Source: a virus. From it: a stretch of 64,000 bases of DNA. Below, in pieces: positions 49,381-60,400 of the stretch. Every line of letters starts with the position of its first letter. Position 1 is the first letter of the stretch. Under the pieces are notes generated by a model that had not been told where the DNA came from, made no database searches, and was given only the letters and a program-made list of their open reading frames with translations. The stretch is taken from IMG/VR virus record IMGVR_UViG_3300050343_000212; one strand, written 5' to 3'. Position numbers and translations under genes: made by a program.

Positions 49381-50388
49381 TCAGAAAACCATACCATCAA
49401 AACCAAAGTCATCACCAACCTCAATGAAGTTAGCATCATTGGCTGTAATGGTCTTAATTGCAGAACCAAGAACGTGTTCTTTGACCTCAGTTCCGTCTTG
49501 ACCTCTTTTGACAGTGATGTTGTTTCCACTGACTTTCTCAATATACATCTCTTCTTTATTAATTTCAATATATGTTGCTGCTGATAGTTGAGATGCATCA
49601 TCTACAGTAATCACTTTCTCTGTAGAATCTATGTTTTCTGTAGTAGTGGTGACGACACTGTCATCATAATCCTGAATAGCTCTTGGTGCAACTCTGTAGG
49701 AGATGTCTCTTTCTGGATTTCTAAGACCTGGACTAGCGGACCCAGCAACGTAACCAACAGTAACTTTTCTGATAATATCATTTGAAACATCTGTTAGAGG
49801 TCCGAAGATGAATGTTTTAGCTGTAAATGTTAAAGTATATACAAGAGATCTTCTGGTCTCAAAATTACCCTCATAATCATCTTCCATTTGGATACCCTCA
49901 AGTTGAATGGGTATATCTCTCTTCTCTTTAAAATCACCAAGAAAATTGATTGGAAGATTGTAAGACGGTTGAAAATGTGGAAGAATTTGTTCAACAATCT
50001 GCAACATATCATCATTCAGTTTTGTCATGATAGACAACTGAATAGTCATGTTATATGGTACGGGAACATATCCTTTCTTTACTTCACTACCAGTCGTATT
50101 TTTGACTACAAACTGTTGTGTCTGAGTTGATTTTCTAGTAGGATCATACTGAAGATCGGTGAACTCAAATGACATCCTCGGTAAGGACATTTGAGTTGAC
50201 TTATTCAGATTAGCTTGTTGTTCAATCCTAGCAAGAAACTTCTGAGTTGGTCCATATGCCAATGGGACTCTCAGAGTACTAACACTATTGTCAGATTCAT
50301 TTTTATGTTGAATTTCAATCCCATTAAACATTGATCCGAATCCGATAATTACGGATCTAAAGATCTCATTATAGAAATACTCAAACAT
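49381..50388 (-). CDS. gp15: Tail sheath stabilizer/completion gp15
   Basis: YFYNEIFR, VPLAYGP.QKFL, LPRMSF, EQILP.FQP. Confidence 0.95.
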   Translation of the reverse strand: MFEYFYNEIFRSVIIGFGSMFNGIEIQHKNESDNSVSTLRVPLAYGPTQKFLARIEQQANLNKSTQMSLPRMSFEFTDLQYDPTRKSTQTQQFVVKNTTGSEVKKGYVPVPYNMTIQLSIMTKLNDDMLQIVEQILPHFQPSYNLPINFLGDFKEKRDIPIQLEGIQMEDDYEGNFETRRSLVYTLTFTAKTFIFGPLTDVSNDIIRKVTVGYVAGSASPGLRNPERDISYRVAPRAIQDYDDSVVTTTTENIDSTEKVITVDDASQLSAATYIEINKEEMYIEKVSGNNITVKRGQDGTEVKEHVLGSAIKTITANDANFIEVGDDFGFDGMVF

Positions 50389-50418
50389 CAGTCTAGTGTT
50401 TATTTGTTACTATTTAGA

Positions 50419-52965
50419 TTAAGGCATCCCAAAGGGGTTCTCAGAACTAAAGTCTATGATTTTATTACCCTCAGATTGGAATGTGTCGTTCTCAGCAAAT
50501 GTATCAACTAAGTCATCTTTATTGACTGCACTAATCATATATGATGCTCCAGAATCTTGACCAACAATTCTTTCACCAACAACAAAGTTACCGGTAACAA
50601 TAGAAATTTCCAAATTGTTTATTGTAGAATTCCAGTTTTTAACTCTAGCTTGAGTTCCAGATTGAGAACCAACTACAATCTCATTGAATGTGAATGATCC
50701 AGATCCACTATTAGTATTTCCAATACCACCAATCACAACCTCTGGTGTGAGAACATATTGTGATCCACTATTGATAATGTACACTGACTCTACTGTACTC
50801 GAAGCACCAACGATGGAACCAGCTGTTGCTGTAGTTACACCAAGAACTTGATCAACATAATTTTTCTCACCAGTGTCATTAGTGATGGTGATTGTTGGCG
50901 GGAGTAGGTATCCACCACCACCATAAGTTACATCAATACCAGTAACAATACCACAGTTCTGAATACCAACTTCAACGATAGCTGTTCTGATTCCAGTGTT
51001 AGTGGTTGTTTTACTAATTGTCAGAGTGGAAACTCCGATACCAGTTACAAATGTGATATCTGGGAATACTTGAATATTTGGATTGTAGTACTCACTATAT
51101 CCAGTTCCTATTCTGATTCTATCCCCAACAACCATATTTGTGGTATTAATATTAGTAATTGTTGTAGTAGAAATACCAATAGTACCAGTTGTTTTGATTG
51201 AGTCAAATCTGATTGTAGAAATACCAGTTGCTGTGAACTGTGTGGTTACACCAGTTGGTGCAGTAATAGAAACGTTAGGAGTGGATTGATAACCAAATCC
51301 ACTATTACCAATGGAGAGTGATGTGACTGTACCAGCGATGGATATTGTAGCTGTTGCTGTAGCTTGAACTGGTGAGGGATTACCACTAAAACTAATATTA
51401 GGTACAACAGTATAACCAGCACCAACAGTTGCTGATGTTCCAACTGCCCATGGGTCTACTGGATTGAAGGAAATTGCAGTAACAATACCTGTTATTGGGT
51501 GAATCGTAGCGATACCAACAGCTTGTACTATTGGTGCATCCATGTAACCAGAAGTGGTGATAGCAACAGTTGGTGCTGTCGTGTATGATCTTCCTGTAGT
51601 TGTAAATGCAACTGAACCTGAATCAATAGAAGAACCAGCGATACCTATTGAAGCTGAAACAAATGAGAACCCAGGATGATTAATTGTTACTGTTGGAGGT
51701 GAAGTATAGAACTTACCTTCTGTAGTTATTGCAAGACTTTGTACCGTTCCTCCATATAGACCGAAGTCGTCAATGGTAGCGGAACCAAGAGCCCCGCTTC
51801 CAGTTCCAGTTGGGGGATCAAACGTGACAGTTGGAGCCGTCTTATAATAGACACCACCAGTTGTTCCATATGGGAACAGATAAGACGAAGATCCAATACT
51901 GATAGGTGCAGATATGACACTCACACCAGCTCCCACTTGTGACGGAGTATCTAAAATCGATGTGGCAGCTGCTCCTACATGTTTTGGTGTGGAGATACCA
52001 ACTGATGGAAGATCAATGTAACCACTACCACCAAGTGTTACTGTGACAAACTGAACAGAACCTGTTGTGCTGATGCCTGATGTAGCTGCCGCACCCACGC
52101 CGGTTTCTCCATTTGGTGTTGTTAATGTGATCCAAGGTGCAACAGTGTATCCACATCCAGAATTAGTGATATAAATGCTAGAAACTTTTCCAACTGGTGT
52201 ACCATTACAACCAATAAATTCATTAGTAATAGTTGCAATGCCAGTAGCGGTCACCCCACCAGATGGAGCAGAACTAAATGCCACAACAGGTGCAATACTA
52301 TAATTGTTACCCATATCAATAATGGAGATGTCATTTACAGATCCACCACTACAGAGAGTAGCTGTTGCCAAAGCAGTAGACGCGACACCGATAACAGTAA
52401 GAGTTTGAGTGTAACCAGTGTTGATATCTGTAATTTCATCATCAATATCTTCAATACCAGTATCAATAACCTCATCCTCATATCTGAAGAGTTCAAGTTT
52501 TAATTGATAGACGTAGTTCTTTTCTAATTGATAGAATGGTTGTTCATGTTCGACATATTTGATTTCAAAAAGTTTATCACCAAGTGGAAACCATACTAGA
52601 TCACCCTCTCTTGGTCTGTGTGTGACACCCTTCATACCTGGAATATCTTTCATGAAGGGTGAAATATATTCTTGATATCTTTCCTTTGAGATAACCAATG
52701 TCAAGTCATCTTTCTCTTGAATACCAAACTTAGATAAGAGTGTTCCCTGACCACCAAATCCTTCATAACTATCCACATATGCCTCAAGTGGATAAGCATT
52801 CTCAAATTTCGATTCAATAACCTCCTTGATTATCGTCTTTTCAGTTGCATATTGTCTTGGGAGGTAGTATACTTCTACCCCATACATTTTGAGCTGTTCG
52901 TTTACCAGACTCTGTATTAGACTCTGTTCGTTTTTAGAACCGTTGAGAAAATATGGATTAAGCAT
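50419..52965 (-). CDS. gp14: Neck protein gp14 with a large internal repeat insertion
   Basis: LNPYF, YGVEVYYLPR, RPREGDL.WFP, FEIKYVEHE, FRYEDE; ends ENPFG. Confidence 0.9.
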   Translation of the reverse strand: MLNPYFLNGSKNEQSLIQSLVNEQLKMYGVEVYYLPRQYATEKTIIKEVIESKFENAYPLEAYVDSYEGFGGQGTLLSKFGIQEKDDLTLVISKERYQEYISPFMKDIPGMKGVTHRPREGDLVWFPLGDKLFEIKYVEHEQPFYQLEKNYVYQLKLELFRYEDEVIDTGIEDIDDEITDINTGYTQTLTVIGVASTALATATLCSGGSVNDISIIDMGNNYSIAPVVAFSSAPSGGVTATGIATITNEFIGCNGTPVGKVSSIYITNSGCGYTVAPWITLTTPNGETGVGAAATSGISTTGSVQFVTVTLGGSGYIDLPSVGISTPKHVGAAATSILDTPSQVGAGVSVISAPISIGSSSYLFPYGTTGGVYYKTAPTVTFDPPTGTGSGALGSATIDDFGLYGGTVQSLAITTEGKFYTSPPTVTINHPGFSFVSASIGIAGSSIDSGSVAFTTTGRSYTTAPTVAITTSGYMDAPIVQAVGIATIHPITGIVTAISFNPVDPWAVGTSATVGAGYTVVPNISFSGNPSPVQATATATISIAGTVTSLSIGNSGFGYQSTPNVSITAPTGVTTQFTATGISTIRFDSIKTTGTIGISTTTITNINTTNMVVGDRIRIGTGYSEYYNPNIQVFPDITFVTGIGVSTLTISKTTTNTGIRTAIVEVGIQNCGIVTGIDVTYGGGGYLLPPTITITNDTGEKNYVDQVLGVTTATAGSIVGASSTVESVYIINSGSQYVLTPEVVIGGIGNTNSGSGSFTFNEIVVGSQSGTQARVKNWNSTINNLEISIVTGNFVVGERIVGQDSGASYMISAVNKDDLVDTFAENDTFQSEGNKIIDFSSENPFGMP

Positions 52966-52970
52966 TAATC

Positions 52971-53834
52971 TTACCCGATAAGATCAAGAGGTGGAATTTC
53001 ATATGTAGACATCATCTTATCTTCGATCTTATCAAGTTCAGACTGAGCATCATCATAGATCTGTCTTCCATTGAACTCAATACCACCAGGTAGTTTGACA
53101 CCTTGGAACTTAATCAAGTTCTGACCCCACTGTTTCTTAATCAGAGATGTTAGATACTTTTTCAAAAATACATCATTAAAAACATCAGTAGCTTCGGCTG
53201 GATTCAATGCTTTCCAACAATCAATAACCAGATAATCACCAACATTTAGATCGCTATAAGCAACATCCAGATACATTCTATTTTGTCTTTGATTAAATCT
53301 AATCTGTTTATGAGTATTCAACAAGAAGTTCAATGTCTCAAGATAGGACATTGACATTGAGTAGGATAGGATATCCTGTGTTCCCCAATAGTGAACATCA
53401 TTCAGAAACATCTGATACTTCAAACTAAACATGTTCTTGGTATCCAGACCCATCAAGGCATCCCATTGGTACACTTTATTGATACCAATAACATCATTAG
53501 GTATTTGAATATAATTGCTATTCTCTTGATATGTAAATGTCGTTGGTGTTCCCGCCATATTAGCAGAAGCTGTTGTCACAGCCATACCGACATTACCCCT
53601 TCCACTAGGAGCACCAGTTGGTACAGCTTTAGCTCTATCTAAATCATCTTGAGTTATCTCATATTTCAGGTAAGTTTGAATTACCCCATCAAAATGTCTT
53701 TCTTGAAATAATTGAATTGCATCGTCCAATAGGTCGTGGACCTGCTCTTCGGCAACATTAATTTCAACTACAGGAGCACCCAACTGTCTCAGACAGTAGT
53801 CTATCAATTCTTGTCTAGAGGAGGGCTTCGCCAT
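52971..53834 (-). CDS. gp13: Neck protein gp13
   Basis: YCLRQLGAPV, ERHFDG, QWGQNL.KF, LPGG. Confidence 0.95.
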   Translation of the reverse strand: MAKPSSRQELIDYCLRQLGAPVVEINVAEEQVHDLLDDAIQLFQERHFDGVIQTYLKYEITQDDLDRAKAVPTGAPSGRGNVGMAVTTASANMAGTPTTFTYQENSNYIQIPNDVIGINKVYQWDALMGLDTKNMFSLKYQMFLNDVHYWGTQDILSYSMSMSYLETLNFLLNTHKQIRFNQRQNRMYLDVAYSDLNVGDYLVIDCWKALNPAEATDVFNDVFLKKYLTSLIKKQWGQNLIKFQGVKLPGGIEFNGRQIYDDAQSELDKIEDKMMSTYEIPPLDLIG

Positions 53835-53858
53835 TTATATACTATAACTTTTTACTAT

Positions 53859-54248
53859 TTAGATAGCTGCTGAGATCCCTGACACCACAGTGACATTACC
53901 CTCAGCTAATCTATACACAGTCGTTCCAGAACCTACAAGAATATCCCAAACGTATCTACCTGGTTTTAATTTATCAGTATTAGTTTTATTCATAGAGATC
54001 TCAAATTCACCATTAATCGAACTAGTAAATCCAACAACAAATGTACCAGCAGGAGACATACTAGATCCTATGGATACAGACTTAGCCATCTGAGATGAGG
54101 CTGTCCAACTAGTAAAGTTAAAGTTAGATTTGTCCTGATTAACAACTTTGAAAGTTGAACTAAAATCAGACCTAGTATTGATAACCAAATTGACTCCATA
54201 CGCTGAAGCATTAGAGTCAGGGTTAAAAGTAATTGTATTATTTGCCAT
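53859..54248 (-). CDS. Hypothetical Ig-like structural protein
   Basis: 129-aa ORF, GRYVWDI...EG.V.V. Confidence 0.7.
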   Translation of the reverse strand: MANNTITFNPDSNASAYGVNLVINTRSDFSSTFKVVNQDKSNFNFTSWTASSQMAKSVSIGSSMSPAGTFVVGFTSSINGEFEISMNKTNTDKLKPGRYVWDILVGSGTTVYRLAEGNVTVVSGISAAI

Positions 54249-54441
54249 TAGTTAATACTTGTAACATACGTTTGATATCACCAATGTCTAATTCAAGTTT
54301 ATCAATCCTCTCCTTTTCGGAGAGGAGTTTCTTTCGATTGTTCATATAGGTTTGATAGTCATTAGATCTATTGTTGATAATAGCTCCTGTTTCAGAATCA
54401 CGATATAGACCCGGATGGCCTTCAACTGGAATATGTGTCAT
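54238..54441 (-). CDS. Small hypothetical protein
   Basis: VEGHPGLYRD..TGAIIN; overlaps neighbours. Confidence 0.7.
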   Translation of the reverse strand: MTHIPVEGHPGLYRDSETGAIINNRSNDYQTYMNNRKKLLSEKERIDKLELDIGDIKRMLQVLTNGK

Positions 54442-57400
54442 GCTAATCCAAGGGTTCTAAAGTTCCTAATCATTGGTGGACTTGCTTGATTGGTTGATGT
54501 ACCAATCAGTTTAATTCTAAATGAACCAAATGCTGGTAGATTATCTATGGAGAATTTGTACTCTCTATACATGCTGATACTAGGATCTTGATTCAATGAA
54601 TCACTCTTCGTGATTGGTTGATCGGGAGCTCCGTTACTACTATTAAAGTTGATAACAGATCCATTGGATGCGAAGTTGTTGGAACCAGGGAATGGTGTGA
54701 AGATTACATCTTTAGCTGGTCCTTCCTGATCGATAGCAAAGAATACTCTGATGTCAGAATCTTTAGTCAAGAATGCGTCAAGGTAAACTTGAATAGAAGT
54801 TCCTGGGTTTGCAAGAATGACTGGTTTTGTCACGTACATAAACTTATTAGGATCTGTAAGAACACTGTCAACTCTAGGATCGTTAGCGTAATCAGATACT
54901 GGTTCATTTACTCTGTTTGAGATTAGAGTTACAGACATTTGATCAACATCAACTGCTGGTGAAATCCTACTATCAGAGGAATTTAGGTCAAGACTAATAG
55001 ACATTGACTTATTACCAGGAAGATCATCAAGGAACAGATTTTCATTAGTTGGCGAAGCCATCATTCTCTGAGTATCAAAGTAGTTGACCTGACCAAGAGC
55101 GATCTTTTCAAATCCTTGATCAACGAATGGTCCTTCATTACCAGAGATACTGGTAGCCGAGATTGTTCTCATTGATGGATCAATACTAGTTCCGGTTGGA
55201 GTGATAGTTTCAATCTTAGGAATTGCCTGTGAGAATGGGATATTGTAAGAACCCATTGCTTTGTTACCACCACCAGAATCAGAAGTGTCGAAGTACAATT
55301 TAGGATAAATTGAACCAGTTCTGTCTAGACCATTCTGTGACATATCGATCTTAACTTTATAGAAGTCAGTATCGAATGCATTAGGTTCTGTGACTGCGTT
55401 CATCAGATGATCCTTATTAATTCTTCTCAGAGATACGCCATGGAACTCATATTTCTGAACAATCTCATCAACACCATGATCAATGATGTTTGTATCATCA
55501 ATACCTCTAGTAATACCAGTCAATTCATTACCAGACATGCCAGTATACTTAATGATCTCATCATTCATCAAGATATAACCAGGATTGGTAATTCCAATTC
55601 CAAGATGTTCAAATATACCAAAGTTCGATGTATTTGCAATCGCGATGGATGTTGTAGAGTCAGATTTGTACTCTGTAGTAAGAGTTGTATGTGAAATGTT
55701 AGAACTAATATCCTTCAGAGATACGACGTTTGTATTGGAATACATTCCATGATTTCTCTGGTCAATTCTGAGATGATCACCATTAGTCACTACACGAATT
55801 GGTGCCTCAGGAACCATACCACTTGGATTTGCGTCGTAGTTAAAGGTGGTGGTTACACCTGCGGAATTGGTGTAATCAAGAATTTGACCAACAGTTGTTC
55901 CAAATTCACCTTGGACATCATTGAGTGTTAGTTCATTGTTGCCATGAATTGTTGAGATAGAAACCTTAATACCATCACCGAGACCTGTACCAATTGTTAA
56001 TGGTGCCAAGATATCACCGACCTGATACCCAAAACCACCAGAATTAATACTAGCTCCGACTGCCACACCATTAGTGATTGTCAAATCTGCTGTGGCATTG
56101 ATACCATCACCAGAGAGTGATGTCATAGCAACACCGGTATATTTGAGAGTACCAGAACTTGGGGTATATCCAATACCAGAGTTCACGATACTTAGATTCA
56201 TCTGTGAAGCAGAACCACCGTATCCTACAAATCTACCTGTAGCCCCAGTAATTCTCTGTGTGACCAGATTACCTGGTTTAAGATCAGATTCTGTAGTTGT
56301 AGTTCCAAATCCGACTTTGATGGTCCTAGAACTCGATACAACACCGTTATGGGGAATGATTCTATCATTGTCATCCAGTGATGGGTTGAAGAGTTGAATA
56401 TTACCATTTGGTTGGAACTCAGCTCTGTAAAGTTCAAATGTGAGGTCTTCATATTGAGATGGTGTCCAAGTAGAAGCATTCTGTGACTTGAACAATGAAC
56501 CCAGAAGTCTCTGAGTCGTAACCAGAATCTGATCAGTCTCTGATCCAAGAGTTTGAACGTCAACCTCACCAAGTCTAGATATCCAAACTCTATACTCAGT
56601 GGAATTGGAGAGAATGATGATAGCATATTCTCTCTGACCATTCAGATATACAGGAGATTCAAAAGTGAACTTAGTTACAATACTACAATCATTTGAAACT
56701 TCAATTTCGTCTGGTGTTTTCTGAACTTCAGAGAATGGAATAATTTTCTGAGAAGGAGTACCCAGTTCAACTTCACGAATTTGAACAGTAACAGGTTCTG
56801 AAAACTCTGTTGGTTTTTCTTGGAAGTATAGATCTAAAGATGTTACAAAGATACCTGTTTCATCATCAACAATGAATGATTGTGCAAGGGGATCTTTATA
56901 CTCACCAGTCAATCTGGAAGAAGTTCCAGTGGTTACTGTTGAAGTATCAGAACCTGAACCTTCAACTGTACTTCTAGTCTCAACGAAATTATCATTATGT
57001 TCAACTCTAGCGTTTCTCAATGAGAGTGTAACTTCTTGTGTATCATCTATATCACCCTGTGAATAGAAGTTATCCTCAGCGGAAGTAGAAACCAGACCTT
57101 CAACTCTACTATTAGTTGAACTTGAGGTGATTCTGAATCTATTGTTACCAGTCTCAAATCTAGGAGATGTCGAATCTTCATTTCCTGGAACTCTAAAGGA
57201 ACCAATCAATGTACCGACACGATCACTAACCAATCTTACGTCAGTAACAGTAGCTCTAGCTCCACTATTGACACCAAGAAGAACCATTCCCTTTGCGATA
57301 TACCCTTGATATTCTGGGTTAGTTTCATCAGCTAGTGATGATATATCAATGTTCAGAATAGTCGTAGACTCAGTGTATGAGGTTGGTAGTCTGTTTTCTC

Positions 57401-60400
57401 TATCATATGGATTTCTGTCGTACTTGGTAGATGGTCTATTATATGGACCATACTTATGTGTTGGGTCAGCGACTCTAGCTACAATAGCTGCGATTGATGC
57501 TGTTGGGGATGCACCTTCAAAATTTGTATTTGTATCATCAACAGACTGTTCTGAGAGTGAAGATGGCATCAAACCACCGATGGCCTCACCAACTACGAAT
57601 GTACCCGATGTCATAGTAACTTCGACCAATTTAGGCATCACATACTTGTTGACATCTACATTGTCAAAGAATGAGTACATTTGTGTAAATGGTTTCAGAC
57701 TCTTAGATGTAAACTGAATGTTGCGAGATCTCATGAAGTGAATAACTTCACGATTTACAATTCTATCACCGAGAGATTCAGTATCAATTTGTTCAGTTAC
57801 ACTGGTCTGAGTACCTCTTCTCTGTTGGTTGAGTTGAACACCAACTGTGAGGTCTGTTGTGACATTAGTATCAACATGCTCTTCAGTAACTTTAAAACTG
57901 GAGGGAACATCAGGGTGGGTCTCACGGGTACCAACACCAAACACAGTACCAAACTCGTGTCTAGTGCCCTGTCTTTCAGAAGTATATGGCTTACTTTTAG
58001 ATGCCCTCTGACTTAGATCTACACTAACGTTTACTCCAGTTGTTTCCCAGGCTTTCCAGATAACAGGAGAAATACCAGATCTCTTACCATCAGAATTTGT
58101 CGTAACTTCAGCTCTCATAGCCTCAGCGACACCCCTGAAGGATCCTTCCTGAAGAACATCCTTAACGTCAAGTTCATTCACCTCAATCCAAACATCTACA
58201 CTTGGTTCAAATGAGATTGTACCATTCCAGAACTGAACAAGAAAAGGAGTAACACTTTCAGAACGAGTAGCAAATGGTTGTTTTAACCATGACTCTTCTG
58301 AATAATCAAGAGTGATTATCTGACCTGTTCTCTTGGTGTTCTCACCCAGAATATTGGCAAATTTAGAGTCTTCATTTGAGTTTGTGCCAGTACCAATTCC
58401 AGACATAGTGTCGTTACCGACCATGAGAGTCTTATTGGTAGTGTAGTGAGAGGGTCTCAAAATACCTTCAGACCTATCAATAGAGTTCTTAGCACCAATA
58501 CTGAGGTCTTGATTCCGAATATCACGGAAGTTATCAACAAAGATACCAGATCTGAATCTATTCAGACCATTGGCGTCTGGGATGAATTGATTCATCGTTG
58601 TAGACTCAAGTTGATTCAAAGAAGTATAATATTCAAGATTCTTGATTCTCTGTTCCAACTTGGAGATATCAGTCATTTGATATCTCTTATGTTGAATAAA
58701 TGCTGTTTCTACATTCTGTACACTGTGAGTGTATGCTGGGATATACAAATTGGAAATGTTCATCGATCCAGTAATACCCATAGGTAAAACAGGATTATCA
58801 GATGGAGAACCCTGTTTTACTTGGAAAATACCATCCTTATCAAGATAAACTCTATCAATTCTTCCCAGATAATAATCAAAACCAATAGTTGTAGATTCAT
58901 CTGAAGCCAGAATATTTCTAGAACTATGTTGACCACCATTAAACGATCTACCAAAGAACTCAAATGGTGATCTAGAACTAGATGTTGGTGTATATGGTGA
59001 AACTCTAGGTCTTGCATCAATTAGATCAGTAAGTCTGAATCCAGCAAACGTTGCGATATCTGTAGAATAATTAAACCCGTTGTATGAGTTGCAAATAGTA
59101 ATGTCACCAGTATCTGCTGAATCGTACTCAGCACTCATGAAGTAAACTTTAATCTTATTGGTTGGAATTGAAGCTCCCTCTCTTCTCTGAATTCTACTAA
59201 AATCATAAATTGTTTTTCTTTGTCCAGACTTAGAATCAAATGATGAAGTAATATTTTTACTTCCCATTGAAATCTTTGTAGCTACAGCACTTACACCAGA
59301 ATCTTGGAAGTTGATGACTTCTCCAGGTTCAAATGGTGTTTGATTCTCAAAGATGAACTCAATATTAGTATCAGTAAGTCTAGTAATATAAAGACCTCTA
59401 GCTCCACTAATAGAACCAATAACTTCCTCACCAACAATAATGTCATTTGTGGTATTTGTTGGGCCATCCATTGAACCCAAAACCATTGATGGTGCAACTG
59501 GATCATTGGATCCTTCTCCTTGGAATATGCCATATACCATATTAACATCAGGTACATTCAGACAAATATTTCTATCCTGAACTCTTGTTCCATATGGGAA
59601 CGAACCATAAGTAAGACCATCATTTAATGTTGTTGCACCTATACCAGAACCACTATTACTAGACTTATCAATAATTACAGTTGAGGAGACCTTCTTGATC
59701 TTAACTTTAGGTGTAACATTTGTTTTACGAAGTGTGCAGATGAGTTTAGCTGGTCCATCATTATCCAGACCACTTATTGTGATCTGATTACTACCAGCTG
59801 CAAATGTAAATCTGTCAGAAGAAAGAATTTGTATTTGACCGGCGTCACTAATCAAACTATATCTTTCTTCATCATATGGCAAGAACACTTCACCAGGATC
59901 AGAGTTAATACTACCAGTTGAATTATCGGCTATGACTACATCAAACTGTTTTCTGATAATCAATGTGGAATCAGTTAGATCTACGTTTGAGATAAACTTT
60001 TTAGGAAGTGCCGAGAACAAGGAATTGTTATCAGCAATATTACCACTAGATTTTGAATGCAGTTGAGTTCTTGACTCAATGACCTCCAGATCAGTTACAC
60101 TCAGATCTTCAGAAGGAAGACGACCATCAACAAAACCTGTGACCGTCTGAACACCAACGATCTCAAAAGAATTGGTGGAAACATTAGTAACTCTACCAAA
60201 TGACTGTACGTTGAGACCAGAATTAGAATATTTGATCAAATTTCCAGTTGTTACAATTCCAGGGAAAGGACCACCTGGACCACTAATTGTTGCAATACCT
60301 AGAGGACTTCCATCATAATGACCAGTAGAAATTGAAGCAATACCAATTACACCAGCTGTCTGAGGTATCAAATCAGCTGTAAATGTTCCAGCAGATCCAA

